Positions 36,501-49,500 of a stretch of DNA of 64,000 nucleotides are shown piece after piece. The notes under the pieces were generated by a model. The model was not told where the DNA came from. It worked only from the letters and a program-made list of their open reading frames with translations, and made no database searches. Source of the DNA: Geosiphon pyriformis uo1 (taxonomy: Eukaryota; Fungi; Glomeromycota). The translations under genes and the position numbers were made by a program. Position 1 is the first letter of the stretch. Every line of letters starts with the position of its first letter. Where the stretch lies: NCBI GenBank assembly GCA_016748015.1, contig JAAOMT010000446.1:200758-264757 (forward strand). The letters run 5' to 3'.

Positions 36501-39247
36501 TGGGTTGGGCTCCTTTGAATCTTTTGCAATTTTCTGTTAAGTTGCTTGTTAGTTCTGTAAACAATTTTTTGGTTGGTGTGATTAAAATTTTTTTAAGTAA
36601 TAAGCTGTCTTTGGTGAACAATTTGCCCAATGTTTTTCATAGTCTAAGTGTTTTTTCTATGTTATTTATTCTCTAAAGAGCTTTGTATCTTAATTCTGTT
36701 TATTCTTTAAAGCATTTTGGTATTGCTTTTGGTGATAAGCTCTTTGATAAAAAAAACTGTGTTATGGATTAAAAAACTTTCTGTTGATAGAAAAGGTTGG
36801 ATCTTAGAGGCCTTATTCTATATTGGTTCGAGATTGCATTAAAATTTCTGCACAATAGGAATTCTTTACTACTGGCTTCTCTTATTTTAGTTCAGCCAAT
36901 TGGCTTAATTCCAGAGAGTTTGCTAAAGTGTGGAATAATTTACATGAGATTTGATCTGATTCATTTGAGATTTATATGGATGGTTTGTTGAAAGATACTG
37001 GCTCTGCTGGTATTGCTAGTAGTGCTGCTGCATATTTTCCAGCATTAAATATGTGTGTTGGTCTTGGAGTTCATGGTCTTGTCTCTTCCACTATAACTAA
37101 GCTGCAGGCTGTCACTTTGTCTTTGAAATGTGTTCTATTTTTCTGCTTCTTAGTTGTGTATCTTGACAGCCAAGCTGCTATTAGTGCATGTGTATTGAAG
37201 ATAGCATTTGCTACACCAGATTTCCATAACCCATGCTAAATTAAGAGAAAACATATTGTCAATTTAATTAGAAATAAAGATCTTACTGTTAGTTGAATTA
37301 AAATTAAGAGTTATTTTGGGGTTTATAATAATATTAGAGCAGATGCTACTACTGGTGTGGCTGCTAATTCCCTTCTTTTTTTGCTGGTAGAAGTGTATGA
37401 ATATTTTTTAATGGCTAAAAATACTGCTGTTTCTGACAATGCCCACCATTTTGTCAGAAATATTTATAAATCTATTTATTGTGCTTATTAGAAAACTGGT
37501 TCTGGTCATAATGTGATTTGTGGTATACTCATTAAGGATATAGATTGAAGAATCATTACAAAAATCTGGCACTCTGACTTATATATGTTTGCTGATTTTA
37601 CAAGTTAAAAGTCATCCAATCTTTGTACCTACTTAATAAAAGCTGTACATGGACAGTTGCCAATGGCTGTTAAAAAATGATTATATGATAAAGACTATTT
37701 TAGTGTGCTATGTTTATTGTGTGGTAAGGTGGAGTTGTCAGATCATGTTTTTATTTGTGCTTAAGATGCAAGCATTCAGAAAAAGGTTTTGGCTGAGGCC
37801 TCTACATAATAGATTGCTTTAGCAGATGTTTGTGTTTTGTTTTCTTGTGCTGTTTTGTGGATGCTCTTTTATTGTTTGTCAAATTCTAGAACTTATGCTA
37901 TTGTGTATAAGAAATTTGTACTAAGGGATTGGTTCATAGAGACTGTTGGGATTTTTAAAAGTAAGAAGGATGCTATCTTTACTATTGTGGATTTTGTAAG
38001 ATGTTTAATGGAGCTGCATCATTCTAAAGTGTGGTTCATAAGATCTAAGTTTTGGGTTAACATAAAGAAAGCTGGTTTGGTTGAAGATAGTAGTGTGATA
38101 TCAGGTTTGTTTTGTAGTGGGACATTGTTGCTGTCAGATAGGATGGTCAGAATACTTAGTATTATTGAGTTTTTTGTTGTTAATTTTGGCTATCAAAAGC
38201 CTTGCTTTTTTTATTCTGGTTTAAGTAGTAATATACATTGTTATCAGACAAAATTAGAGATATTATTTAGCATAAAATTATCTTATAATTCCTATCATTA
38301 ATTAGCATATATTATCGTTTCAAATTATCACTTATTAAATTAGCAAAATGTCTGAAATTATCATTTAATTAATAACCTAATTTGTACACAACACAAATGT
38401 AACCTAATTGCGATGATTAATCATGCAATATCCCAAACTATGTAACATTTAAAAGTTTGCCAAAATTTGTAGAAATTTGCCGAAATAATTGATAGTTCAC
38501 CAAAATATCTAATAGTTCGCAGAAATAACTTGTAATTCACTGAAATGTATTTTAAGTTCAGTGAAATTGTAGAAAATAGCAAAGTTCAAGTTCATAAAAT
38601 AGTGTTATGACAAGTTGTATAAAAGAAAAGCTTCTCTCTTCGAGAAAATATATCTTACTTTAGATTTATCACTTAGAACTATTTCTACACACACAAAAAG
38701 AAATAAATATCAAATAATTTGAAAAAAAAACCAAATTTTTTAAATTATTGCACTTGGAAAATCCTCAAAAACCCAACTAACGTTTTGAAATTGATTAGCT
38801 ACCAATTTCAGTAAACTGTTAGTGACTTCAAGCCTGGATAGAAAACGTTTCTCTTGATAAAATTCTATTTCTTTTACATTTCTTTTATTTTTCTTTTCTT
38901 TTCTTATTACAATTATTAGGGTAGCCTACAGACAAATTTTTCTGTAGAAGAGTTAACTTTTACAGCAAAATAACTATACATTTTAGTGAGCTTCCAGACG
39001 AGCAATTCCTGGGAAAGAGTTGATGTTTACTACAACATAACTACATAAAGTAACTAGTACAAAATTGGCCATTCCACTTATAAGCCCAGCAAGTTCAAAT
39101 TATAGAAGATAATTTGAAGAGAAAATTCAGTTACTGGAGGTTCAACCACATCCAGAAAACGTAAATTCACAGCAAACAGGTATCAACAACATTACAGAAA
39201 AGAGACCAAAAAACCTCCGGTAATAACATGTTAATATAAATATGTAG
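33585..39247 (+). pseudogene. LINE-2 ORF2: APE endonuclease, RT, RNase H, C-terminal Zn-binding domain
   Basis: CNVQGIN, VTETKL, LGGDFN (APE); RPIVLI, QNMCKTYNSV, DGLDQDKVFSPL, GAFVNNT (RT, YADD position); YMDG, YLDSQAAI (RNase H); CLLCGKVELSDHVFIC. Confidence 0.88.
38239..39225 (+). mobile_element. Solo LTR of family A, opposite orientation
   Basis: Reverse complement of the A/B LTR; tgttatc...ccggtaata; perfect TSD ACAT; removal restores the LINE end GLSSNIHVNINM*. Confidence 0.93.
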
Positions 39248-40219
39248 TATTGCTTTATCTAGCTTGAGTGGCTAGCCACATGTAGTAAGTGCATGAGTTA
39301 TGTTTAGTTTAAGCCATTTAGTTTGGTTTTATGTACTAGATAGTAGTTGGATTTTACTCATTAAATGCATTAATAAAAAAAATATTATAATAATATATAT
39401 TATAAATATATAACATAATATAATTAAACTTGTATAATAAATATGATTAAACTTATGATTAAAATTATTATAAAAATATATTAGTCTAAATATCTTAAAT
39501 TATTGTATTGTTTTATTTATATAAAAATAATCACAAATTTGTATCTAATTTAACATGTTATTTATCTTTTAATTTAACATGTTTTTTATTTTTTGATTTA
39601 GTACATCTTTTATTTATGTTTTTTATTTCTTAATTTATTTTATTTTTGATATTATATTTTTAATTTATTTATTATTAAACTTTTCTAAAATACAAGCTTT
39701 TCTAACTATATCACAATATAACAAGTTTTATATTTATAAAACTCTCACAAATTAATACTAAAGATTTTATAATATATTTGAATATAGTTATATAATAAAT
39801 ACAAAAAATTTAATATACTAAAAAATTTAATTTATATACTATAAATTAGATTGAATTTTTATATTCTAATTGGTTAATAAATTATGTATCATTTAAATTT
39901 GTAAGATTTTAATATTTCTATATTTTAATTGATTAATGAAAATTTAAAATTACATGTTATATAAAATTATACAAAACATAAAATTTTAAATTTTTTTTTT
40001 CTTTTTTTTTATAATAATATAATTATATTTGTTTTCTAAACTTATGATTGTTATTATTAAAAAATTTTATTATTTTTTATAATATTATTAATGTTAATTT
40101 GTTAATAAAAATTATTAAATTTTTAATATTTTAAACTATATAGTATTAAGTTTATAATAAGTTTACTAAAATATTATTTAGAAATAATTTATTTTTATTA
40201 ATTAGAATTTTAATATTTT

Positions 40220-40330
40220 TTTGTACTAAATATATATTTTAGCAAACTACAAGTTATTTTAATAAATTATTGAATATTTTATTGAATTTCTAAATATTTT
40301 AATAAACTTTTAAATTTTATCTAATTTAAA
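40220..40330 (-). repeat. Heavily AT-eroded relic of the family-A LTR 20-bp repeat array
   Basis: attttagcaaactacaagttattt matches attttagcaaactacaagttattt of the B LTR (14840-14865), followed by degenerate 20-bp units. Confidence 0.55.
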
Positions 40331-43300
40331 ATATTGTTAATTTTAATTTAAAAAGCCTTTTAACATATTAAATTTTCAATAAATAGATATTAAAATTTGT
40401 AAAATATTTTTGCAAATATAAAATAAGTGATAAAGTTTAAAAACTTTTTTAATTTTATAACAAATATTTATTAATTCAGTTATTATCTTAAATATATTTT
40501 ATATTTATTTTTATATAAATTTTGAAATAAAATTTATTGCTTTAAGTTTGATTTTTTTTATTAACTATTTTTTTAATATAAAAATATATTTATTGTTTAG
40601 TTTATTAAAAGATTATTAAAATTTTTGTTGAATTATAATATTTAATAAAATTTTAATAAGAATAAATATTTGTTAAATATTTTGTAAAATAATTATAATT
40701 ATAATTTTAAAATATATAAAAAAATAATATTTAATATATATAGTTTTATATATTTTAAAACTGCTATAGCTAATTATATTATAATTAGTATTAAAGTTTT
40801 GGTTTTTTTGTATTGTTTTTGTTAATGATTTTAGAAATTAAATAAGATTTGTTGTTAATCTATTTATTAATTGTTTATTAATTCCTTTAGAGAAATTTTA
40901 GAATTCTGGAATTCTGTAATTCTGTAATTTTAAGTAAAAAATTCTGGTATTCTGGAATTTTAGAATTCTGTAATTTCTTTAGAAAAATTTTGGAATTTTT
41001 TTGTTATTACACCTACTTCTAATTGGCTATTTATCTAATTATAATACTTCTAATTTCTATAAGTAATATTATTCCTTTTTTTTAATATTGAGCTCTGTTA
41101 AAATTTTCTAAACTTTCTAGATTTCCTTTTTGAATTAGCTCTATAATTTCTTTCTCCAGAATTGTTTTTGTAATTCTTATCTACAATTCTTTAAATTAAG
41201 CATTGGTTAATTTTTCCAATTGATTAATAGTTATAGTATCTATTGTTAAATGTAGTAATATTTCTGATCTGTTTCAAAATTTTATCCATAATCAGTAAAT
41301 AGCTCTTGCATATGTGAATAATTGTTTTTTCTGACAAGTTATTTAATTTTTTGTAGTCAAATTAGATCAAATTTTTTTTTTGTTTTGTCAGTATATAAGT
41401 TTTTGATACTTAACTGTTGTTCCAATTGATAGTAACAAAAGTTTTTTGGATTTTGTTGTATCTATTAGTTCTAATTTTTTAAGATCAATTTTTTTTTTGG
41501 TATTGATATTCTTAGATCTTTCAATATCTTTTCTATCTTTCTTATTATTTTATCTACAGTATTCTTAGAAGTGTGATATCTGAAATATCACTTTTTGGTT
41601 TAATTTTTTTGCATTATTTCTTTGTTTTTGTATTGTATTATGTGTTTATTGATAGTAACTTTTAGGCTTGATTTCTGTTATTAAATTAGTTGTAATAGTT
41701 GTTGTACAAGTAAGTAGATATTATCAATAATTTTTATTTTTTTTTGTTGTTTTTGTCACATGTATTGGTTTTTTATATACTATTCTGGTAGCTTAATTTG
41801 ACATGTTTGCTTTAATAATAATGATTGGTTTTAGATCTTATAGAATTTTATCTGGTTTGATTAATATTTTTTGTATTTCTAGTTGTGGAATATTATTGAT
41901 GAATAATAATACTAAATTGTGATATGATTTTAGTTGATCTCTATATGCTGCTTTAACTAAGATTTTTTTGTCTCATTTTAGTTTATAAGCTTCATTTTTT
42001 AGAATTTTTTCAATGTAAAATATTTTGTCTCATTTGGGATCGAATTTTTTATTCTATTGTTTTTCTGCTTTGGTACAATATAAAAGTACTTTGTTTTCAA
42101 TCTTAAATTTAACTGGTTTATTTGGTAATTGGTTATCATGTTATTCTTTTTGTTTTTATTGTAACTTTTGAATATTATCAGCTGTTTTTTATTTTTTATT
42201 TTCCAAAATTTCTATTAATTTGTATGTTTTTTTCAATAATGTTCTTTGGAAGTTGGTTTCTGTTATTGGTTCAGTTGGATATGTGTTAATATTTATATCA
42301 ACTAATAATATTGCTGTTCTATTATAAACAAGTTCAAATAGTATTGCTTATATGGTATCTTGCTTCATTGTTCAATAAGCAAATAGTACTGATAATATAA
42401 AAAAATTTTATTCATTTTGGTTTTCTTGGCTGATTTTGGTTATTACTTTGCACAATGTTTTATTGAACTTTTTAACTAAGTCATTTGTTTATGGATGATA
42501 TAGTAATAATAATGGTCTTTTAATTCTAAATTTTTAACTTAATTTTGTTAATGTTCTGTTCACAAAGTAAGCTCTTTGTTTTAATAATAATTTTTTTATA
42601 TATTTGTGTTGACAAATTAAATTTTGGTGAATAAATTCGGCTATAAATTTTGCATCTGCTTTTTGGATTGCTTTTATTTCTGGCCATTTTGTAAAATAGT
42701 CCATAGCTATTGCTATATAACAATTGTCTTTGCTGATTATCATTAATAATCTGACTAAGTTAATTTTAATTTAATCAAATAGTTGTTCTACTTTAATTGG
42801 TTTTAGTGGTTCACTGGGTTTTATTCCTTTTTTTTTTTGATTAGCATTACAATTTTGCACATATTAAATGATGTTTAAATACATAGATGACCAATAGTAT
42901 CTTTTTTTGGTTCTTTTCATATTTGCTTCTTTATGAAAATATTTTGCTGTTAAATTTAAGTGCATATTAAATAGTATTGTTTTTTTTTTGGTTCTGTAAT
43001 TATTCTGAGTGGCTAATTTAGATATTTTTTGTTTTTTTAGTATAATATATTTTGATAAATAATAAAATATTTTGCTTATTGTTTTATGTTGTTTTGTTTT
43101 TTTTGAGATAATTTTTTCTTAAACTATTAAGTATTAATAAAATGTTGGAATTGTTGATATTTTTATGTGTTTATTTTTTGTTATATTTTTGGGTTAAAAT
43201 GTTCTTAGATTTGTTTTATTCATAATAAACTGTTAATATTTCTATTTTTTTTTCTTTTTTATAATGTACTGTATAATTGAATGATGATAATTTTATTTTT

Positions 43301-43532
43301 CTGCATGACAGTCATCTCCAAATTCTTGTTTTTGAATTAATGTCAATCTTTTGTAATCAGTATACACATCAAATTTTTGTCTCAAATATTCTTTTTATTT
43401 AATAACAGCTTAATAAATAGCCAAATATTTTAGTGCTAAAGTTTTATAGTTTTTTTCAGCTGGACTTAAGTTTTGGCTGGCATATGCTACTGGATGTTTT
43501 CTTTTATTTGGCTCTCTTTGTAACAATACTGC

Positions 43533-44374
43533 TGTTATGCGATAGTTTTCTTGTTATATTTAATTGCCGATATTCTGTTTTAATTGCAATCAGTCTTTCG
43601 TGAGTTCCTCAATTCTATTTGTGTGATAATGTCACAATGTAAGTTATTTTTCAATTCCTAATTGTTGTGTGTGTTTATGTACTCCTTTTTAGAGGCTGAA
43701 CTGAAATCTACCCACTGTTTGGGGTCTTCTCTGAAGCTATTCTTGAAATTGCCTAATGTGTTTCTCTAATCTAGAAACACAGAAGGTTAATGGTCTTTAG
43801 CACTTTTCCTAATTCTTACAATAAAGCTTTTATCAATTAGTAACAACGTGAATAATCTTGATCAAAAATTATTCTTTCAAGGGATTTAGTTGATAAATGA
43901 TAGTTTCATTCAATAAATAATACAAGTAAATTTCTGAATACTTTGGGTTGTGATAATTCAGTTTTAAATATTTTTTTTCATTTCTTTTTGATTTAAAGAT
44001 TTCTTGGGATATTTAATTTGAAAGTATGATTTAAAGTGAAGTTTGTTGGATAAAATTGGATCTATTGCTTAATAAATTATGATTTTTATTACTTGATTCT
44101 CTTTTCTCAATATTAAAACTACTGTATATATACATGTTTGTAATTCTACGAGAAAACACATTGTAATACTTTCTTTTTGATATTTCAATCTGGTGTTTGC
44201 TGCTATTACCAGTTGGTGTTGGCTGCTATTGTGAACTGGTGCTTGCCACTATTGCAAGATGGTGTTTGCTACTATGTTAATCATTACTTTTCTAAGATTA
44301 TTACTGTGCTATATTATGATTGAATAGTTTATATTATTTTTATGATTCTTTTGCTAAATTCTTAAACCATAACA
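43533..44374 (-). repeat. 3' LTR of element C
   Basis: tgttatg...ccataaca; near-identical to 53345-54217. Confidence 0.92.
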
Positions 44375-45056
44375 TTATTCCTTCCTTTTAAGATTAAGCT
44401 CTGTTGAAATCAAAGTTAATTTCTTTATTAAATTTTAAGTTACTATAGTGGTTCAATACTGTGTTATTAATTTGTTGTTGTAATTCTTAAAATTGCAAGT
44501 TGGTAAGTCGTCCAATACTGTTGATTGTTATTATATTTATGGTTGGATCCAACAATAGTTTGTAACAGTTTTCAAATGCTTTGAAAATTCTATAAACTGT
44601 TTTTGAATGAAATGTAGTGTTGGTTTTTCCAATGAAAGGTTCTAATAGTTGGATAGTTGTTTTGTCAAACACTCTAGTTGAGTCTTTTGAGTATAATGTT
44701 TGTATGTTCAAGTGCTTTCCTAGTTGATAATAACAGTAGTTAATTGGAAATTTCGTTTTCAAGTTGTTAAATGTGTCTGGTGTTAATTCACTTATTTTTA
44801 TTTCTTCCATTATTAGTGTATTGCCCAATGCTATCTCTAATTTTTCAATAACTTTGCTGATAAATTTGTTGTTATGTTTGGTAATATTATATAATTTAAA
44901 ATTATGTTCTTTTCTTGTTTTTGGATTTTTTATTGTTCTTTTTATGTATGTTATTTTGGAGCTATTAACTGTGATTTCCAGATCGGATTTCAATTGTTGT
45001 AAGCTTTCAATTAATTGTTGAGTTATATTGTTGATGTTTTCTGGAATAAGTATTAT
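44375..45056 (-). pseudogene. ORF3 of element C (homologue of A/B ORF3)
   Basis: IPENINNITQQL vs IPQNIQQLSQKL; PINYCYYQLGKHL vs PPIYRYFHIGKTL; IGRLTNLQF vs IGKLTKLKF; the start appears mutated ATG>ATA. Confidence 0.75.
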
Positions 45057-45139
45057 TGTTTTAATTTTGACTGCTATTTTGGAATCTTTGCATGCATTTT
45101 TATGGTTGTTAAATCATTTTTGCTGTGATCTAAGATTAA

Positions 45140-46519
45140 TTATCTTTTTGAATAATGTTCAATTAAAACTATTGGTTCTAAATCTCATGGAATTTGTTCT
45201 GATAGAATTAAAGATAATTGTGTTCCAATTCTGGATGTCTTTGTTGTTATCACTGATTTACTGTAATAGAATTTCAGCCGGTTACCATGTGCTGCTTTTC
45301 TTAATATTTTATCATCTAGTTTTAGCTTGTATGCTCTATTTCCAAGTATTTTGTGAATATAAAATGGTCTATCCCACTTGTGATCAAATTTTCTACTCCA
45401 TTGTTTTTTCATTTTTGTACAATGCAACAATACTTTATCTCCAATTTTGTAGCTAATTATATTATCTGGTAACTGGTTATCATGTCTCACTTTTTGTTGT
45501 TCTTGTAATTGTTTAATATTTTGTGCTGCTTTTTTTCTTTTGTTTTCTAAAGTTCCCATTAATTCATATGTTCTTCTAAGTAGTGTTTCCTGGAATGTTG
45601 CTTCCATTATAGTGTCACTTGGATAAGTTGGAATAGTAAGTTCAACTGGTAATATGGCTTTTCTTTCATAAACTAGTTCAAACGGTGTGAATTGTGTAGT
45701 ATCTTGTTTTACTGTTCTATATGCTAGTAGTACTGCTGGTATGAACAAATCCCATTCTTTTTCATGTTTGTTACTAATTTTTGCCAGTGATTCGCATAAT
45801 GTGCGATTAAATCTTTCAATTAATCTATTTGTTTGAGGGTGGTATGGTAATGACAGTGGTTGCTTGATTCCAAATTTTTGGCTAAGTTTTTTTAAAGTGC
45901 TGTTTACAAAGTGTGTGTCTTGATCTGATAGCAATTTTTGTAGACATCTATGCCAGCAAATTAAGTTTTTATGTACAAATTGAGCTACAGAAATAGCATC
46001 AGCTGTCTTAATAGCTCTAGCTTCTGGCCATTTGGTAAGATAGTTCACAGCTATTGCAATATAATGGTTGTTTTTTGTTGTTATTAGTAAGGGTCCAACT
46101 AAATCGATTCCAATTCTGTCAAATGGCTGTCCAACTTTTATTGGTCTTAATAATTCCATTGGTTTTGCTCCTTCTTTTCATTGGCATGGGTCACAATTTC
46201 TTATGTATTGGATTATGTCTGAACTCATTTTTGGCCAATAGTAATGGCTAGTTGCACATTGGATGGTTGCTGTTTTTCCAAAGTGGCCTGAATAAATATC
46301 TGAGTGCATGTTAAATAAGATAGTTTCTTTTTCATCCATGGTTATAACTCTTAATAGATTATTTGGATTTTGTCGATTTCAATAATAAAGTATGAAATTT
46401 TGGATGAAATAGTGTTTTGCTAATTTTTGGAGCTTAATTAGCTCTTTTACTGGCATTTCTTCATCTATTTGTAGTGTTTCCAAGTATTGGCTGAGGTTTT
46501 TGTAAAGGTGGTTGTTCAT
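45140..46519 (-). pseudogene. Integrase ORF of element C
   Basis: Own ATG at 46519 (MNNHLYKNLSQYLETL); GIDLVGPL, YHPQTNRLIERFNRTL, WDRPFYIHKILGNRAYKL. Confidence 0.92.
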
Positions 46520-46550
46520 TGTTGTTGTGATGGGTGGGTTGGTGATTTTT

Positions 46551-49500
46551 TTATGTGTGTCTCATTCTTGACAAACAGTCAGCATTAGCATTTTTGGTAC
46601 CTTCTTTGTATTTGATAATATAATCATATAGTGCTAATGTTTGTGACCATCTGGCATATTTTTCTTTTAGTGTTTTCTTGTTATTTAACCAGATCAGACC
46701 TCTATGATCTGTGGTAATCTCAAAGAATTGGTACTGTAAATATGTGTCAAAGTAAACACAACTCCAGACTACTGCTAAGCATTCAAGTTCGTGTGCTACA
46801 TAGTTTTGCTCTGCCGTACTGAGACTTCTGCTGGCATAAGTGATTACATGTTCTTTTCTATTATCATTTTTTTGTGACAGAATGGCTTCAAGTCCAGTTC
46901 CAAAGACATCTGTGGCCAAAATGAATTTTTTGTTGAAATTTGGATAGATCATTATTGGTGATTCAATGAGCTTTTGTCTAAGGTACTCAAAAGCTTTTTG
47001 TTGTGCTTCAGTCCATTCAAACTTCACATTTTTGGATAGTAGATAATTAAGGGGTTTGGCAATATTTGAAAAGTTTTCTACAAAGCGGCAGTAGTAAGAT
47101 GTGAGTCCTAAAAAGCTTCTAATTTCTGAAACGTTTCGAGATACTGGAAAATTTTTTACTTTGTCTATTTTTGATGGATCTGATTTTATTCCATCTTTTC
47201 CAACTATGTGTCCTAAAAATGCTAGCTCATTTTTCTCAAAGAAACATTTTTCTAGATTTAGTTTAAGTCCAGTGTGTCTCAATCTCTCAAAAACTTGTTG
47301 TAAATGTTGGAAATGATCCATGAATTTTGACGAGAAAACATTTGTATTATCCAAGTAGACAACAACAGATTGTCACAGGATTCTGGAATAAATTACATCC
47401 ATTAGTCTTTGGAATGTCACAGGAGTGTTTGTTAATCCAAATGGCATTACATTAAACTTATAATTGCCATTTTGTGTTGTGAATGCTGTTTTATGCCTGT
47501 TCTTTGGGTCCATTTTCACTTGCCAGTACTCACTGGTCAAGTCCAGTGTAGAAAACCATTTTGCTCCTCCAAAAACATCAAAGATTTTGTCAATTAACAG
47601 TATTGGATATGAGTCTTTGGTTGTTTTGCTGTTTAGTTTGCGATAGTCGACGCAAAATCTAATTTTTCCATACTAAAACAACTGGTAAGGACTATGGGCT
47701 CATTGATGGTTGTATTATTTCTTTTTCCAACATGCTTTGGACTTCTTCTTTGATAAAATTATGCTCCATTGGTGGGACATGGTAAGCACATTATTTTTCA
47801 AGTCTGGTGTCTCCAGTAGGGATTTGGTGTTGAACCAAGTTGGTTCTTCCAAATTCACCATTTCGTGAAAATATATCAGAGTATTTTAAAATTAATGCTT
47901 TTAATTGTCACTGTTGGTCAGGATCCATTGTTCTAATGTTTAATTTGGTCAATTTTTCTGTCGTAAATTGATAGCATTCCAATGGTTGTTGCCAATTTAT
48001 TAAAGTGAGTTTACAATAGAGGGCAATTTCTGGGAAATTTAGAATTTCTTGTGGTGTTAACGCTGTTACCAGAGGTTTTTGGTCTCTTTTTTTAAATGTT
48101 GGTAATATTGATTTGCTGTGAATTCACATTTTCAGGAAGTAGTTGAACCTCCAATAACTGAATTTATCTTCAAATTATCTCCTATAATTTGAACTGCTGG
48201 GCTTATAAGTGGAATGGCCAATTCCTTGCCAGTTACTTTATGTAGTTACGTTGTAGTAAATGTCAACTCTTTCCCAGGAATTGCTCATCTGGAAGCTCAC
48301 TAAAAATGTGTAGTTACTTTGCTGTAAAAGTCAACTCTTCTACAGGAATCTTGTCTGTAGGCTACCTTAGTGATTATAGTAAGAAAAATAAAAGAAAATA
48401 AAAGAAATGTAAAAGAAATAGAATTTTTGTCAAGAGAAACATTTTCTATCCAGGCCTGAAGTTACTAACAGTTTACTGAAATTGGTAGCTAATCAATTTC
48501 GAAATGTTAGTTGGTTTTTGGGGATTTTCCAAGGGCAATAATTAAAGAATTTGGTTTTTCAAATTATTTGGTATTTATTTCTTTTTGTGTGTGTAGAATT
48601 GGTTCTAAGTAATAAATCTAAAGTAAGATACATTTTCCAGAAGAAAAAAGCTCTTCTTTTATATAACTTGTTGTAGTACTAGTTAATGAACTTGCACTTT
48701 TTTTCTCTTTGCCCAAATTCCGGCAAACTAAAAATACATTTTGATGAACTACAAGTTATTTCGCTGAACTATTGATTAATTTGGGTGAACTATTCATAAT
48801 TTTGGCAAATTTCTGTAAATTTCGGCGAATTTCTTATAAATTTCGGCGAATTTCTATAAATTTCAGCAAATTTTTGAATATTACAAAGTTCAGGGTATTG
48901 TGTAATCATCTTACTTTCTGTTATACTAATTAGATTATTTTAATTGAATCGTGATATGTGATAATTGATTAAATAATAAATGATAATTTGAAATAATATT
49001 AATATACTAATGAATTATAGGAATTATAAGGGTAATTTCATGCTAATTAATACTAAAATTTTACTGGTAACAACACATTTTCTAGCTTCATTTTGAGGTA
49101 TTCAATGATAGTATCTTCCAGAATATAGACAGGTTCTTCTGTAGTGTTTGCAATAGAAATTTTTATCCATTAAGCTTTATCAGCTGGAATAAAAAGGTTA
49201 GTAAGTCCTATAAGGAACTGTTGGCAAGTTTTTGGGTAAGGTTCAAATATTAGGTTTTTTTCTTTAATTGTTCTTTTTATTCTTATTTCTGATTTTCCAT
49301 ATGGTAGGAGCATAATAAACTACTCAGTTTTAATTACTTCACCTTTTTTCTTTATTGTTTCAGCAAAATTCGCTTCAATTCTTTTTCCTGTCGATCCAAA
49401 ACCAAAAGTTCTTCTTGTTGTTTATAACAATTTCTCACAATTTTCCACTGGCACGAATTTCTCAATTTTTACCAATGGTAGAAAAATTGCTTGTGCAATT

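Larger units (their letters stand above)
30532..39382 (+). mobile_element. Non-LTR retrotransposon (LINE-2), near full length, decayed, interrupted by two solo LTRs
   Basis: ORF1, ORF2, 3' UTR and poly(A) at 39375-39382. The 5' end is approximate (candidate TSD atattataataa at 30520 and 39382, low complexity). Confidence 0.88.
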
